Positions 20,442 through 30,397 are shown, counted from the first letter of the stretch. The stretch: 64,000 bases of DNA from a virus (IMGVR_UViG_3300044831_000040:2680-66679), one strand, 5' to 3'. A program made the numbers and translations. The notes: a model not told the origin generated them from the sequence alone.

Positions 20442-20515
20442 GCGCTCTTAGGCCAATCGGTAGAGTCGCCTCCCTCAAAAGGAGGATGTTCCGGGTCCGA
20501 ATCCCGGAGAGCGCA
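20442..20515 (+). tRNA. tRNA-Leu(CAA), short variable loop
   Basis: CCTCC-CTCAAAA-GGAGG. Confidence 0.88.
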
Positions 20516-20516
20516 C

Positions 20517-20597
20517 ACCGTGGTACCCAAGCGGCAAAGGGATGCGCCTGTAAAGCGCCTGCTGAATGCTTCGGGGGTTCGAGTCCCTCCCACGGTA
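20517..20597 (+). tRNA. tRNA-Tyr(GTA)
   Basis: GCGC-CTGTAAA-GCGC; long variable region. Confidence 0.88.
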
Positions 20598-20620
20598 CTC
20601 GACCGAACTCGCTGTGCCGT

Positions 20621-20938
20621 TCATCGTGATGCTCCTTCTCGTAGATGACGAAGGAGTGCCCGAGCAGCATTGAGATCCCCTCGTGCTGAGGGGTCCCATC
20701 CGGCATCGCCACTGCTGGCATCGGCCATCGAATCAGCCAGGTCCGCAAGCTCAACCGCTTCGTCGGCCGTGAGTTCGACGCTGACACTGCCGTCCGATCG
20801 ATGCCTGGCAGCGACGACCTTGGCTTGCATCGATCTGCCAGCTTCGCCATATCCATGATGCTCCAGGTCATCGGGGGCGGCCCAAAGCGAACCGCCTTCG
20901 AGATATCGCAACACAGGTCTGCTGAGACGGAGCTTCAT
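20621..20938 (-). CDS. hypothetical protein
   Basis: ATG 20938 overlaps the stop of the upstream ATPase gene. Confidence 0.65.
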   Translation of the reverse strand: MKLRLSRPVLRYLEGGSLWAAPDDLEHHGYGEAGRSMQAKVVAARHRSDGSVSVELTADEAVELADLADSMADASSGDAGWDPSARGDLNAARALLRHLREGASR

Positions 20939-22374
20939 GACGCAGGCTCCAGGTGAGCCTTCACCCCCCTCATCAACGCCCCCAACCCGCAGCATTCGTT
21001 GTAGAAGGCATCGGAGAAGTGGTCCGGCGCGACCCGGTGCGCGAATTCATGGATCAGCAGGGCATCGACCGCAGTCTGCCTCGGCTCATTGAACCAACGG
21101 TGCCCGAGCACGGTGAGGTTGAAGCTCAGCCGGTTCGGGTTGGACCAGCAGGCAGCCCACTTCTCCCCGAGGGGTAGCCGGTAGATATCGATGTGCAGGG
21201 TGAGCCCGAACAACTCCTGCGCCAACTCGTCAGCGTAGATGGCGACCAGCCTCATGCCGTGTGTCCAGTCGGCGGGATCGATCGGTGGGACACCATCCGG
21301 GGTGAACTTCACTCCCGAGGGCATGACCTGGCCCGCTGGCTTGACCCCCACCTCGCGCAGCCGGGGACCGAAGCCCGTGGGAAACGGGTTGCGGGCCGGG
21401 ATGATGGCATAGCCTTCGTCCAGAGCCCTCTTGTTGGCCTCAGGATCGCTCGGGTCGAAGGAGACGACCTTATCGCCATACATGCCCTTCACAACGGCTC
21501 TGAGGGCCTCTGGCGAAGCCTTCTCCACTCCCTCTCTCACCCAGACCGTCCGGGTGTCTTCCGGCCGGAGGATCTCGAAGCTGTGGTCGAGCACCTCAGT
21601 TCGCAGCAGCTTGAGGTAGCTCGGGGGAACGTTGTCGCGTTCGCTGTTCATCGGGACGCACTGGCCCACGTCGACATGCCACCTCGACTCGTGCTCGACC
21701 ACAGGGATCCCAAGCTCGTAGATCATCGGCTTCTCGCCAGGAAGGGGCTCGACCAGACTGATCATGGTCAGGCGTCTCGTCTTGCGCGAGAGCTTGCCGT
21801 CTTCGTCTGGCAGCACGGTGGGCAGCGTTGCGGCGAAGGTGGTGACCGGGATCCGGTAGTGGATCTCTTCGTCGTTGATGGTCAGAGCGATTCCCTCGGG
21901 CAGCAGCACCGACCGCAGGAGTCTGAGAGCTTCCTCCTGCTGGGGCTTCGTCAGTTTGATGAGACCAGTAAACAGAGTGCCGGTCTGACGCCGGGCCTTG
22001 GTCATTTGCTTGGTGCCGTCCGGGCGGAACAGCACCGTGCCCCGGGTCGAGGCGATGCTTGCTTCGCGGCAGCACGCCAAGACCCGTTTCTCTCCGAGGT
22101 TGAACCGACCTCGCTTCTCGGCATCCCCCCGTTTCTTCGAGGTGGCCCACAGCCGGTAGGACTCAGAGAGGTTGAGGAATCCCTGGGGGCAGTCGTCTTC
22201 GACCACCAACAGAGCGAGCCCGCGCATGGATGCCGGGGTGAGGCCGATCGAGACCGATCTCACGTCTTCGTCAAGGGCGTTCTGGAGTAGTTCCAGGGGC
22301 AGCCGTTCGGGTTCGTCAATGGTGGCCGCCAGCCCATCCTTGTCTACTTCGAACCACTCTTGTGTCTGGGTCAT
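20935..22374 (-). CDS. GHKL (HATPase_c) ATPase with C-terminal HExxH motif
   Basis: ELLQNALD (N box), VEDDCPQGF (G1), RGRFNLGEK (G2); C-terminal LLIHEFAH. Confidence 0.8.
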   Translation of the reverse strand: MTQTQEWFEVDKDGLAATIDEPERLPLELLQNALDEDVRSVSIGLTPASMRGLALLVVEDDCPQGFLNLSESYRLWATSKKRGDAEKRGRFNLGEKRVLACCREASIASTRGTVLFRPDGTKQMTKARRQTGTLFTGLIKLTKPQQEEALRLLRSVLLPEGIALTINDEEIHYRIPVTTFAATLPTVLPDEDGKLSRKTRRLTMISLVEPLPGEKPMIYELGIPVVEHESRWHVDVGQCVPMNSERDNVPPSYLKLLRTEVLDHSFEILRPEDTRTVWVREGVEKASPEALRAVVKGMYGDKVVSFDPSDPEANKRALDEGYAIIPARNPFPTGFGPRLREVGVKPAGQVMPSGVKFTPDGVPPIDPADWTHGMRLVAIYADELAQELFGLTLHIDIYRLPLGEKWAACWSNPNRLSFNLTVLGHRWFNEPRQTAVDALLIHEFAHRVAPDHFSDAFYNECCGLGALMRGVKAHLEPAS

Positions 22375-22416
22375 TGCTCAGTTGTCCCTTCTGATGGTTC
22401 TGATGCGTACACAACC

Positions 22417-22448
22417 ATTGTACCACACCTTGCCAAGCATCCTTAGAG
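22417..22448 (-). promoter_or_regulatory. putative promoter: CTCTAAG box plus extended -10
   Basis: Minus strand CTCTAAG-N19-TACAAT with TG-G preceding the hexamer. Confidence 0.55.
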
Positions 22449-22575
22449 TCGGACATTCCGGACATGCCCCCGGGAAGTGGTCCGAACCCTGCCCGGAAGC
22501 ATCTTTCTCCGGGGAAGGGGAAAGAGGTCCGTGGGCTCTCGCCCCGGCTTGGAACCCGAGGCAGAGGAGGGGTAG

Positions 22576-23067
22576 ATGCCGCACAAAGTCCAGATCGCGT
22601 CGGGGAAGACCAATGTCGAGCTTCCGGACGGCAGCACGCACAACGCAGGGGATCAGGTCACGCTGACCGACCAGCAATTCTCTCTCATCCCCGGATCCCT
22701 CTTCACCAACGGCTACCTGGTCGACCTCGGTATCGTCGGGCCGTCCGGAGACGCCGTCACCACCCAGGCCCCTGTCGTTGCAGCCCCTGCTGCCCTGACA
22801 TCTGCTGCCCCGGTGGCACTCACTTCATCGCAAAACGCCACTGCTGCCGCTGCCACCCAATCGGGTTCCTACGTTCAAGCTGATGCCCAGACCATCGCCG
22901 CCCTCGCCAATGCTCTGAAGACCAACTACAACGCAGCCCAGGTGGATATCGCTGCCCTGCGAACGAACCAAGGTCTCATGCAGGCCGACATCGCTGCACT
23001 GCGCACCACGGTTGCCGCTATCCTCACCGCCCTGAAGACGGCCGGAGGGCCGATGGCGGCGTCGTAA
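22576..23067 (+). CDS. head fibre/decoration-like virion protein
   Basis: Ala-rich with C-terminal coiled coil ending ILTALKTAGGPMAAS; AGAGGAGGGG RBS. Confidence 0.6.
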   Translation: MPHKVQIASGKTNVELPDGSTHNAGDQVTLTDQQFSLIPGSLFTNGYLVDLGIVGPSGDAVTTQAPVVAAPAALTSAAPVALTSSQNATAAAATQSGSYVQADAQTIAALANALKTNYNAAQVDIAALRTNQGLMQADIAALRTTVAAILTALKTAGGPMAAS

Positions 23068-23156
23068 CGGAAGCCTCCGGATTGATCACTGTCGTTGTCG
23101 AGGGATCTCCTGTAAAGGGCTGACGGAATCTACAGGAGACAAAAAGGAGAACGAAG

Positions 23157-23720
23157 ATGGCGCTGGCAGAAGAGGTGGTATGGGTTCGCAATACCCAGCC
23201 TGGTCCGACCGTGTTCACCGACAACATGACCAAGGTCCAGATCGAGTGGGCCGGAGCCGGAGATCCTTCCGGCAACGATCTCCAGCAGGTGCCCGGTACC
23301 GTGGTCAACCACGTCCAGTTCATGCGCCATCTCCAGAAGGGCATCTTTGCCGTCGAGGGGGCGACCCCCGAAGTCGAGGCGATCATCGCAAGGCAGACGG
23401 GGGCCTACCGCCAGCGCCGGGCGGATGCCGACGCTGCCATCCGCGCCACCATCGTCGAAGAGACCCACAACGACATCATCGTGGTTTCCTGTGTCGGCCC
23501 GTCCACCCGGGGCAAGGGCCAATGCAACGAAGAGGTCACGGTACGAGAGAAGCAGCGCAACGAGGCTCCGCCGCTCTGCTCCAAGCACGCGGACCTGAAG
23601 GCTCAGTTCGTTCCCGAGAGCACCGAGGAGCTTATCGACGGCGAGCCGGTCATGAAGTGGGTACGAACCACCCTCGCCCCGAGGGAACGTGCCTCTGCGG
23701 CCGTTGTAGCCGCCCCATAG
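23157..23720 (+). CDS. hypothetical virion-cluster protein
   Basis: 187 aa, AAGGAG RBS. Confidence 0.7.
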   Translation: MALAEEVVWVRNTQPGPTVFTDNMTKVQIEWAGAGDPSGNDLQQVPGTVVNHVQFMRHLQKGIFAVEGATPEVEAIIARQTGAYRQRRADADAAIRATIVEETHNDIIVVSCVGPSTRGKGQCNEEVTVREKQRNEAPPLCSKHADLKAQFVPESTEELIDGEPVMKWVRTTLAPRERASAAVVAAP

Positions 23721-23760
23721 GCCAACATAGAGGCATCCCCCAGACCAGGAGGTAGAGATC

Positions 23761-24339
23761 ATGAGCGCAACCGCAGAAGAGGTGGCAACGACCAAGACGG
23801 CCCGGGGGACTCGCCAGGCTTCGGGCGAGGTGAGCGCCAGCGATCCGGCTGCCCCGTTGGAGACGGCAGCCCCGCCAGCGGAGGCCAGTGGCGTCCAGCG
23901 CCCGGTCCATTACGGCCCAGGCAAGGGCTACGTCGAGCGGGACGACTTTGTTTCCAACCCCACCGACATGGTCGGGGAGTTCAACACCGTGACCGAAGGC
24001 AGCTTCCTGGGGTCGGTGACGACGCCGTCGCCAATCTTCGACCGCGCCAGGGAGATCGACCTCCGCACGGCGTTGCGGGCAGTCGATCCGAACGACACCG
24101 AGGTACCCGAACACCTGGTGGTCCTTCCCGACTCCGGCCGGACAATCGACGGGGCGAAGCAAGCCCTGGTCGATGCAGCGGCTGCGGCAGGGGTGGACAC
24201 CTCCGCACACGAGGTGCCACTCTCGGATGGCACCATCGCCACGGCCAGCACGCCCACTCCACCCGCCACCCCAACGCCAGCACCCCCCGAGACCTCCGCA
24301 CCTCCCGTTATCGAACCGAGCCCACCCGTCACCTCGTAA
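23761..24339 (+). CDS. hypothetical virion-cluster protein
   Basis: 192 aa, GGAGG RBS, Pro/Thr-rich tail. Confidence 0.7.
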   Translation: MSATAEEVATTKTARGTRQASGEVSASDPAAPLETAAPPAEASGVQRPVHYGPGKGYVERDDFVSNPTDMVGEFNTVTEGSFLGSVTTPSPIFDRAREIDLRTALRAVDPNDTEVPEHLVVLPDSGRTIDGAKQALVDAAAAAGVDTSAHEVPLSDGTIATASTPTPPATPTPAPPETSAPPVIEPSPPVTS

Positions 24340-24392
24340 ACCCATGTAGATCAGAAAATCTGGCCGTACCCGCCGCCCGTGGGCCGTCAGAG

Positions 24393-24431
24393 CGAAGCCC
24401 CCAGACTCCACCCTCTGGGGGCTTCGTCTTT
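24393..24431 (+). terminator. intrinsic terminator
   Basis: CGAAGCCCCCAGA-CTCCACCC-TCTGGGGGCTTCG-TCTTT. Confidence 0.75.
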
Positions 24432-24480
24432 CATGTCACCCCCGTGCCCGGCCCCATAGAAGGGGAGAGGGGAGGCATCC

Positions 24481-25674
24481 ATGCAAACCGTTGGGCTCGG
24501 CGGCCAGATCAGGTTTGACTCCCGCGTGCGCTCGGGCGGGAATCTGGTCGACCCCAGCACCTACACGATCAACATCCTCAACCCGCTGGGGCAGGTGGTG
24601 ATCAACGCAGCCGTCCCGGTACGTGATGGCGTCGGCCTCTACCACTACCTCTACACCGTTCCTTCCAACGGAATCATGGGGATCTGGACGGCGGTGTGGA
24701 ATGGCGTTGTCAATGGCGCTGCGATCACCAACACCGAGACGTTCAACGTTACGATCGCAGGCAACATCTCGACCGGCATCGGTGTGCCCTCGCCACCGCA
24801 GCCGAGCTTCTCCGACATGCTCGGGGACCGCCAGTACGCCAGCCAGTATTCGACCGACGCCGTCGTCGGCTTCGTCGTTCACAAGCTCGGGGTCCCGGCC
24901 AACGCCGATAGTTCGGTGACGGTGTCGATGCAGTCCCTCGACGGGTCGACCACGGTCTTCTCCAAAACAGCCGACAACCCGGCCGCGGGTATCTACCAAA
25001 CGACTCTGTCGTCGCTTGAGACAGCCACGCCGGGCATCTACCGCGTCACCTTCAACTACACCATCAACGGAATCGCCCAGGTCTACGTAGGACTCCTGGA
25101 GGTGGGCGTGTCGTCACCGGCTTACGACGCCCTGAACCTCGACATGAAGGGCGTCGTCGAAGGTGTATGGATCCGTTTCGCTGATCTCTTCGACTCTCCT
25201 ACCGGCGGCCCACACCTCCAGGTGTACTTCCAAGCTCGCTTCACGCGCAATCGTATGGCTCAGCTACTGCGGGTTGCGATGAACAAGCTCAACACGATTT
25301 CGCAGCCACACATGACTTTCACCCTCGACCCCGGCGGCCAGCAGTTCCCACTGGCACAGTTCGCAGGGATCTTGGACTCTGCCCTCTACATTGAGGCCCT
25401 GAAGCACCTCATCCGCAGCTACGTCGAACAGCCCATGCCGGAGAACGTCCAGGTGGCTCGCCAGGATCGCCGTGACTACATGGATCGTTGGCAGCGGGTG
25501 CTCGACATTGAGTTGAACGACTTCACCCGTCAGAGCGAGGTCTTCAAGATGGCCTACATGGGCCTGTCTCGCCCCAGGGTTCTGGTCTCGGGTGGTGTCT
25601 TCGGAGACTTCGGCCCCATCCGGCTGCCGGGTAACGCTGTCGCCCGGCCGCATCTGTGGGCGATGTACTACTGA
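24481..25674 (+). CDS. head-to-tail adaptor-like protein with Ig-like N-terminus
   Basis: Two β-rich repeats (GLYHYLYT / GIYQTTLS) plus a helical C-terminal domain; position before the neck and tail genes. Confidence 0.6.
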   Translation: MQTVGLGGQIRFDSRVRSGGNLVDPSTYTINILNPLGQVVINAAVPVRDGVGLYHYLYTVPSNGIMGIWTAVWNGVVNGAAITNTETFNVTIAGNISTGIGVPSPPQPSFSDMLGDRQYASQYSTDAVVGFVVHKLGVPANADSSVTVSMQSLDGSTTVFSKTADNPAAGIYQTTLSSLETATPGIYRVTFNYTINGIAQVYVGLLEVGVSSPAYDALNLDMKGVVEGVWIRFADLFDSPTGGPHLQVYFQARFTRNRMAQLLRVAMNKLNTISQPHMTFTLDPGGQQFPLAQFAGILDSALYIEALKHLIRSYVEQPMPENVQVARQDRRDYMDRWQRVLDIELNDFTRQSEVFKMAYMGLSRPRVLVSGGVFGDFGPIRLPGNAVARPHLWAMYY

Positions 25675-25949
25675 TGCCCATCCTCGTCTATCCACCCGGC
25701 CAGCAGGGGCCTCCTGGCCCTCAAGGACCGACAGGGCCTCAAGGTCCGGCCGGGACAGGCAGCTTCATCTTCCACCAGGACACACCCTCGACGACGTGGA
25801 CGATCACTCACAACATGGGCTCTTTCCCCTCGGTTGTCGTGGTCGATTCTGCCGGGACCGTGGTCATTGGTGAAGTGGACTACGTCAGCGGCAACCAAGT
25901 GATCGTTCGATTCAGTGCCGGGTTCAGTGGCACGGCATATCTGAACTGA
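25674..25949 (+). CDS. small collagen-repeat virion protein
   Basis: GQQGPPGPQGPTGPQG; WTITHNMG...FSGTAYLN. Confidence 0.75.
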   Translation: MPILVYPPGQQGPPGPQGPTGPQGPAGTGSFIFHQDTPSTTWTITHNMGSFPSVVVVDSAGTVVIGEVDYVSGNQVIVRFSAGFSGTAYLN

Positions 25950-25966
25950 GAAGAAGGGGATAGGCT

Positions 25967-27439
25967 ATGGCGGCGACGAAGGTTCTTGTTCCTCTGGATC
26001 TCGGCAAGAACGAGCTTCAGAATGCAGCGATTCAGAACCTCGCTTCCGCGCCCGGCACTCCTGTCAAGGGCCAGCTTTACTTCAACTCCACCTCGAACAT
26101 CCTCTTCTACTACAACGGAACTGCCTGGGTCGAAGCTGATGGAGCAGCAGGGCTCACCTATGGGACGCCGGGGAACTCGGCTGAGGGCGACGTTGCCGCG
26201 GCCGGATCAGCGACAAGCGTTGCTCGTTCGGATCACCTTCATGGACGGGAGGCATGGGGTGGGGCTCCGGGGACCACGGAGGGCATCGGTAACGCTGCCG
26301 CTGCCGGAACTGCGACCACCCCCTCAAGATCCGACCACTCCCACCCCCTGGCCGCTGCGGCTGCCCCGGCGGCTTCTGCGGTGGGAGACACGGTGGTCAC
26401 GGGGTCTGCCAGCACCTTTGCCGCCAGCGACCACAAGCATGCCCGTGAAGCCTTCGCCGCCCCCACGTCGGAGACAACCTACGGCACGTCTTCGGCCACC
26501 GGCTCGGCCACTACGATCCCTCACAGCGACCACACTCACGGCAATCCGACCCACATCGGCTCCGATCACTCCTCGATCTCACTTTCGTCTCTGTCTGCCC
26601 CAACCGCCGATCTCTCGATCGGCCACAAGCTCACCAACGTCACCGATCCCACAGGTGCCCAGGACGGTGCCACGAAGGCTTACGTGGATGCGCTTGCCCA
26701 GGGTGCCGTCTGGAAGCCAGAAGCCTCCTACGCCACCACAGCAGCCCTGGCGGCCAATACCTACAACAACGGTACGGCTGGAGTGGGGGCAACCTTGACG
26801 GCCAACGCCAACGGGGTTATGGCAGCCGTGGATGGGCAGACACCTGTTGCCGGAGACATCATCCTGGTGAAGAACGAGGCGGCCCCGGCCAACAACGGAC
26901 TCTACACGGTCACCTCGATCGGGTCCGGCGGCACACCCTACGTCCTGACCCGCATCATCCAGATGGATTCGGCCGGAGAAATCGCCGGGTCTGCAACCTT
27001 GGTGAGAACAGGGACGACCAACGGCCAGCAGGGTTTCGTCGTCTCGGGTGCTGGACCATTCACGGTCGGTACCACGGCGATCAACTGGGTGCAGTTCACG
27101 GGCGTCGCGGACATCACCGCAGGCAATGGTCTCAGCAAGTCTGGTAACACCATCTCTGTCAACAACGGGGCTGGCATCTTGGCCGATGGCACCTCCGCCC
27201 GGATCGACACATCCCTGGTGCCTCGATACAAGGAGTTCCTGATCGGTGACGGAGCCGCGACCTCGATCGTCTGCAACCACGCGCTCGGCAATCAGTGGGT
27301 TGCGACAACAGTGATCGAGAACACCACACCGTTCAACGTGGTGCTGCCGAACGTGCAATGCACCGACACCAACAACATCACAGTCATCTTCGCCGTGGCC
27401 CCAGCCAGCAACGCTTACCGCGTGATCGTTGTCGGATAA
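25967..27439 (+). CDS. fibre-like virion protein
   Basis: Repeated SDHxH motifs, DGATKAYVD, Gly/Thr/Ala-rich. Confidence 0.75.
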   Translation: MAATKVLVPLDLGKNELQNAAIQNLASAPGTPVKGQLYFNSTSNILFYYNGTAWVEADGAAGLTYGTPGNSAEGDVAAAGSATSVARSDHLHGREAWGGAPGTTEGIGNAAAAGTATTPSRSDHSHPLAAAAAPAASAVGDTVVTGSASTFAASDHKHAREAFAAPTSETTYGTSSATGSATTIPHSDHTHGNPTHIGSDHSSISLSSLSAPTADLSIGHKLTNVTDPTGAQDGATKAYVDALAQGAVWKPEASYATTAALAANTYNNGTAGVGATLTANANGVMAAVDGQTPVAGDIILVKNEAAPANNGLYTVTSIGSGGTPYVLTRIIQMDSAGEIAGSATLVRTGTTNGQQGFVVSGAGPFTVGTTAINWVQFTGVADITAGNGLSKSGNTISVNNGAGILADGTSARIDTSLVPRYKEFLIGDGAATSIVCNHALGNQWVATTVIENTTPFNVVLPNVQCTDTNNITVIFAVAPASNAYRVIVVG

Positions 27440-28071
27440 TGCCTGAGAAGTTCCTGACACCCCTCCAGCTTGTCGAACAGGCAACACCTGCCGTGCCTGA
27501 CTCTGGTGCTCTTGGCCTGTATGCGGGGCTCGATGGGAGTCTTTATATCCAGGACATCACCGGGCAGCTAATCCCTCTGGGCATGCATCCGATGACATTG
27601 ACCCTCGGGAGTCTCACCATTCCGGCCAACTTTCAGTTGGTCATACCTGGGGATCTGCACCTCGACGCCGGTAACCTCACGGTGTTAGGGAACTTGGTAC
27701 AGGTCGTCACGGCTCCCACCGGAACCGACGAAATCCAAACTTTCTCAAAGGCTGGGGCGTTGACTGTGTCGACTGGTGTTGGACGCCTGGTCTTGCCTTA
27801 CTCCGCCACCATCCTGGGGATCTCCGCCGCAGTCAACACTGCTCCTACCGGGGCGACCTTGATCCTGGACGTACTCAAAAACGGACTCTCGATCTATCCA
27901 ACGACAGCCAACAGGCCGACCGTTGCTGCTTCAGCATTCAACTCTTTGCCTGAGACTGTGCCCGACGACATCAGCATCATGCCCGGAGATGCCTTTACCG
28001 TCAACATCGTACAGGTCGGGGCCACCATCGCAGGTTCAGACCTCACTCTTTTCGTCCGGTACCGGAAATGA
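27439..28071 (+). CDS. virion protein
   Basis: TAATG overlap; β-rich. Confidence 0.7.
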   Translation: MPEKFLTPLQLVEQATPAVPDSGALGLYAGLDGSLYIQDITGQLIPLGMHPMTLTLGSLTIPANFQLVIPGDLHLDAGNLTVLGNLVQVVTAPTGTDEIQTFSKAGALTVSTGVGRLVLPYSATILGISAAVNTAPTGATLILDVLKNGLSIYPTTANRPTVAASAFNSLPETVPDDISIMPGDAFTVNIVQVGATIAGSDLTLFVRYRK

Positions 28072-28760
28072 CCCAAGCCACAATCAGCGTCGTCGGTTCG
28101 ATGGACACGGGCAACAACGACACTGGTCTCATTGCCTCAGCGACCATCACTCCCACGACGGTCGGCAACATTATGGTCGTGATCATTGAAGAGAAGTACA
28201 GTGCCGCTGCGAACCTCAAGGTTAACTCCATCTCCGGGGGAGGGGTGACGACATGGCGACTCGCGTCCCAACGTTTTATGGTGGACGGGGTTCATGGCGT
28301 CGATGTCTGGTGGGGGGTTGTAACATCTACAGGCTCGCTGACCGTGACCCCCACCTACAATTCCACCACGGGGCAAGCCGCAGGCAGCCTCGACGCCTGG
28401 GAGCTTACTTCGACCGCTGGGGCAGTGACGGTCTGGTCAGTAGATAAAACCGGGTTCCAGGATCCCAACACCTCGAACACGACGTATACCTACCCTTCGC
28501 TCACCTCGGCTGCTGACAAGGAAGCCTATGTTGGTTATTTGGCAATCACTGGTTCGGCGTCGGGGAATCCGGGATCCGGCTGGGTTGACACGACAGACCT
28601 TCGAGGCAACTGGGTCACGTACAACATCAACGTCGGCAACGCAGGCACGGCTACCTCCCATACTCAGACCTCTGGATCTACGCAAACGTGGTTCACCGTT
28701 GGCGTGCTCTTCCAGGCAGCCTTTCCCGTCACTGAACAATGGGGAACTATCCAGATTTAG
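28068..28760 (+). CDS. virion protein (β-rich, receptor-binding-like)
   Basis: Thr/Gly/Trp-rich; similar in style to the N-terminus of 48040..51375. Confidence 0.7.
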   Translation: MTQATISVVGSMDTGNNDTGLIASATITPTTVGNIMVVIIEEKYSAAANLKVNSISGGGVTTWRLASQRFMVDGVHGVDVWWGVVTSTGSLTVTPTYNSTTGQAAGSLDAWELTSTAGAVTVWSVDKTGFQDPNTSNTTYTYPSLTSAADKEAYVGYLAITGSASGNPGSGWVDTTDLRGNWVTYNINVGNAGTATSHTQTSGSTQTWFTVGVLFQAAFPVTEQWGTIQI

Positions 28761-28772
28761 AGAGGAGCGACG

Positions 28773-29414
28773 TTGGGAGCTATCTTCCTTGGTAAATCGG
28801 CTCCGGCCAGTGTTGCGACACCCGCAGCAGGCCAGGCAGCCTTCTTCATTGACAGCACTGTCTCTGCGGCTCCTCTTCCTTGTGTCAAGGACGAAACTGG
28901 CGGCTTGATCTATCTACCTCGTGGGTTGGCGGCAATTGCTGCTGCGAGCGCGGGTATCAACAGCACTGAGACCGTGGTGGCTTCTGCCACGATCCCTGCC
29001 AACGCGATGAACATCGGAACCACCTACCGACTTCTAGGCTCCGGCGTCTGTACTTCAACCGTAGCCAATGCCTCCAACTTTAGAGCACGCATCGGTACAA
29101 CGACCCTGACTGGAGTTGTCGCCGCTGTAATCACACCGACCGCTGCCACCTCAGGTACAGCGATCCCATTCTTCGTGGAACTCATCGTCACCCTCCGGAC
29201 TATCGGGAGCAGCGGCACAGCGATCGGCTCTGGGTTCCTGAACAACAACGGCGTGACCGGCGTCTCGGCGGCTGCTGTTGTGGTGGGTCAGGTCGTTGCC
29301 ACCGTGACCGTCAACACAACGGTCCAGAACCTCCTCGAACTCACCTATGGCGCGGCTGCGGCCACCACCACCTGCACCTTCCACAATGCCACCATCGAAG
29401 TTCTCAAGACATAG
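28773..29414 (+). CDS. virion protein
   Basis: TTG start with GAGGAG RBS; Ala/Thr-rich. Confidence 0.7.
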   Translation: MGAIFLGKSAPASVATPAAGQAAFFIDSTVSAAPLPCVKDETGGLIYLPRGLAAIAAASAGINSTETVVASATIPANAMNIGTTYRLLGSGVCTSTVANASNFRARIGTTTLTGVVAAVITPTAATSGTAIPFFVELIVTLRTIGSSGTAIGSGFLNNNGVTGVSAAAVVVGQVVATVTVNTTVQNLLELTYGAAAATTTCTFHNATIEVLKT

Positions 29415-29416
29415 CC

Positions 29417-30397
29417 ATGCCATTCCAGATCACTGAGGAACCGGAGAGCGTCATCCAGGGCGGCTCGATCGACCTTACCGCGGAGTTCATCGACTTCAGT
29501 GGCAACGTGCTCACGCCGACCAACGTGAGGGTGAGCATCTTCGATCCCAATGGAACCCTGATGTTCTCCGGTGGGGTTCCTACCAGGCAACCTGATGGCA
29601 CCTATGTCTTCGTCTTCAACGTCGCGACCAATGCTCTTCTGGGAAGTTGGCGGGCACACTGGGATGCAGTCGAGTCCGGCGGCGCGGTCGTTGGTGACGA
29701 AGTCTTCTATGTCACGTCCATGGTGCCGATTGCCCCGGCCCGGCCACCGATCTATTACCTGCCGGATCTGAAGCAGTACACCATCGACCAGGAGACCATG
29801 CGCCACAACGAAGCCCTCTACGCCTACGGGGAGTACAGCATCTTCGTGCTGACGTGGCGCATCCAAGACCTCCAGGCTGGCCGGGTGACCCGTTGTCATG
29901 TCTGCTACGCCCGAGGTCGGACATCCTCTGCCTACGGACAGTCAGATAAAGAAAAGTGCTTGAACTGCTACGGCACGACTTTCGAGGGCGGGATCCGTGC
30001 TCAGATCGTCCGGCCAGCACTCTGGACCGACACCAATGAGGACACCCTCGTCACCGATGCCCGGGGCCAGGTGCTTCAGTCGGATGCCAAATTGATCCAG
30101 ACCACCTCTGACTTCACCATGCGTAGCAACGACTATGTCTTCCGTTACGACGGGACCCGCTGGCAGGTGGGGGATCCCCGGGGCGACAGGATCCACACCG
30201 GCTTCGGTCCTATCGGCTCACAAGGCAGCCTCATCGGCTTCAATCTCACCTCGGTCAACAGGGAGGACGAAGCTTCGGTGGCTTACCTCATACCCCCCGA
30301 CCCAGCTTCCTTGATGGCGCTTCTGAACGTGACCGGGACTCGCGCCCCCCTGGACTGGAGCGGCGTTGATGTCATCAATGCCCCACTTCTGGTCTGA
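29417..30397 (+). CDS. head-to-tail stopper/neck-like protein
   Basis: Ig-like N-terminus; CHVC...CLNCYGTTFEGG motif. Confidence 0.65.
   Translation: MPFQITEEPESVIQGGSIDLTAEFIDFSGNVLTPTNVRVSIFDPNGTLMFSGGVPTRQPDGTYVFVFNVATNALLGSWRAHWDAVESGGAVVGDEVFYVTSMVPIAPARPPIYYLPDLKQYTIDQETMRHNEALYAYGEYSIFVLTWRIQDLQAGRVTRCHVCYARGRTSSAYGQSDKEKCLNCYGTTFEGGIRAQIVRPALWTDTNEDTLVTDARGQVLQSDAKLIQTTSDFTMRSNDYVFRYDGTRWQVGDPRGDRIHTGFGPIGSQGSLIGFNLTSVNREDEASVAYLIPPDPASLMALLNVTGTRAPLDWSGVDVINAPLLV

Noticed and set aside
12900-20600. CRISPR array
   Set aside because: The repetitiveness comes from tRNA genes and short spacer words; no constant repeat-spacer period and no cas genes.
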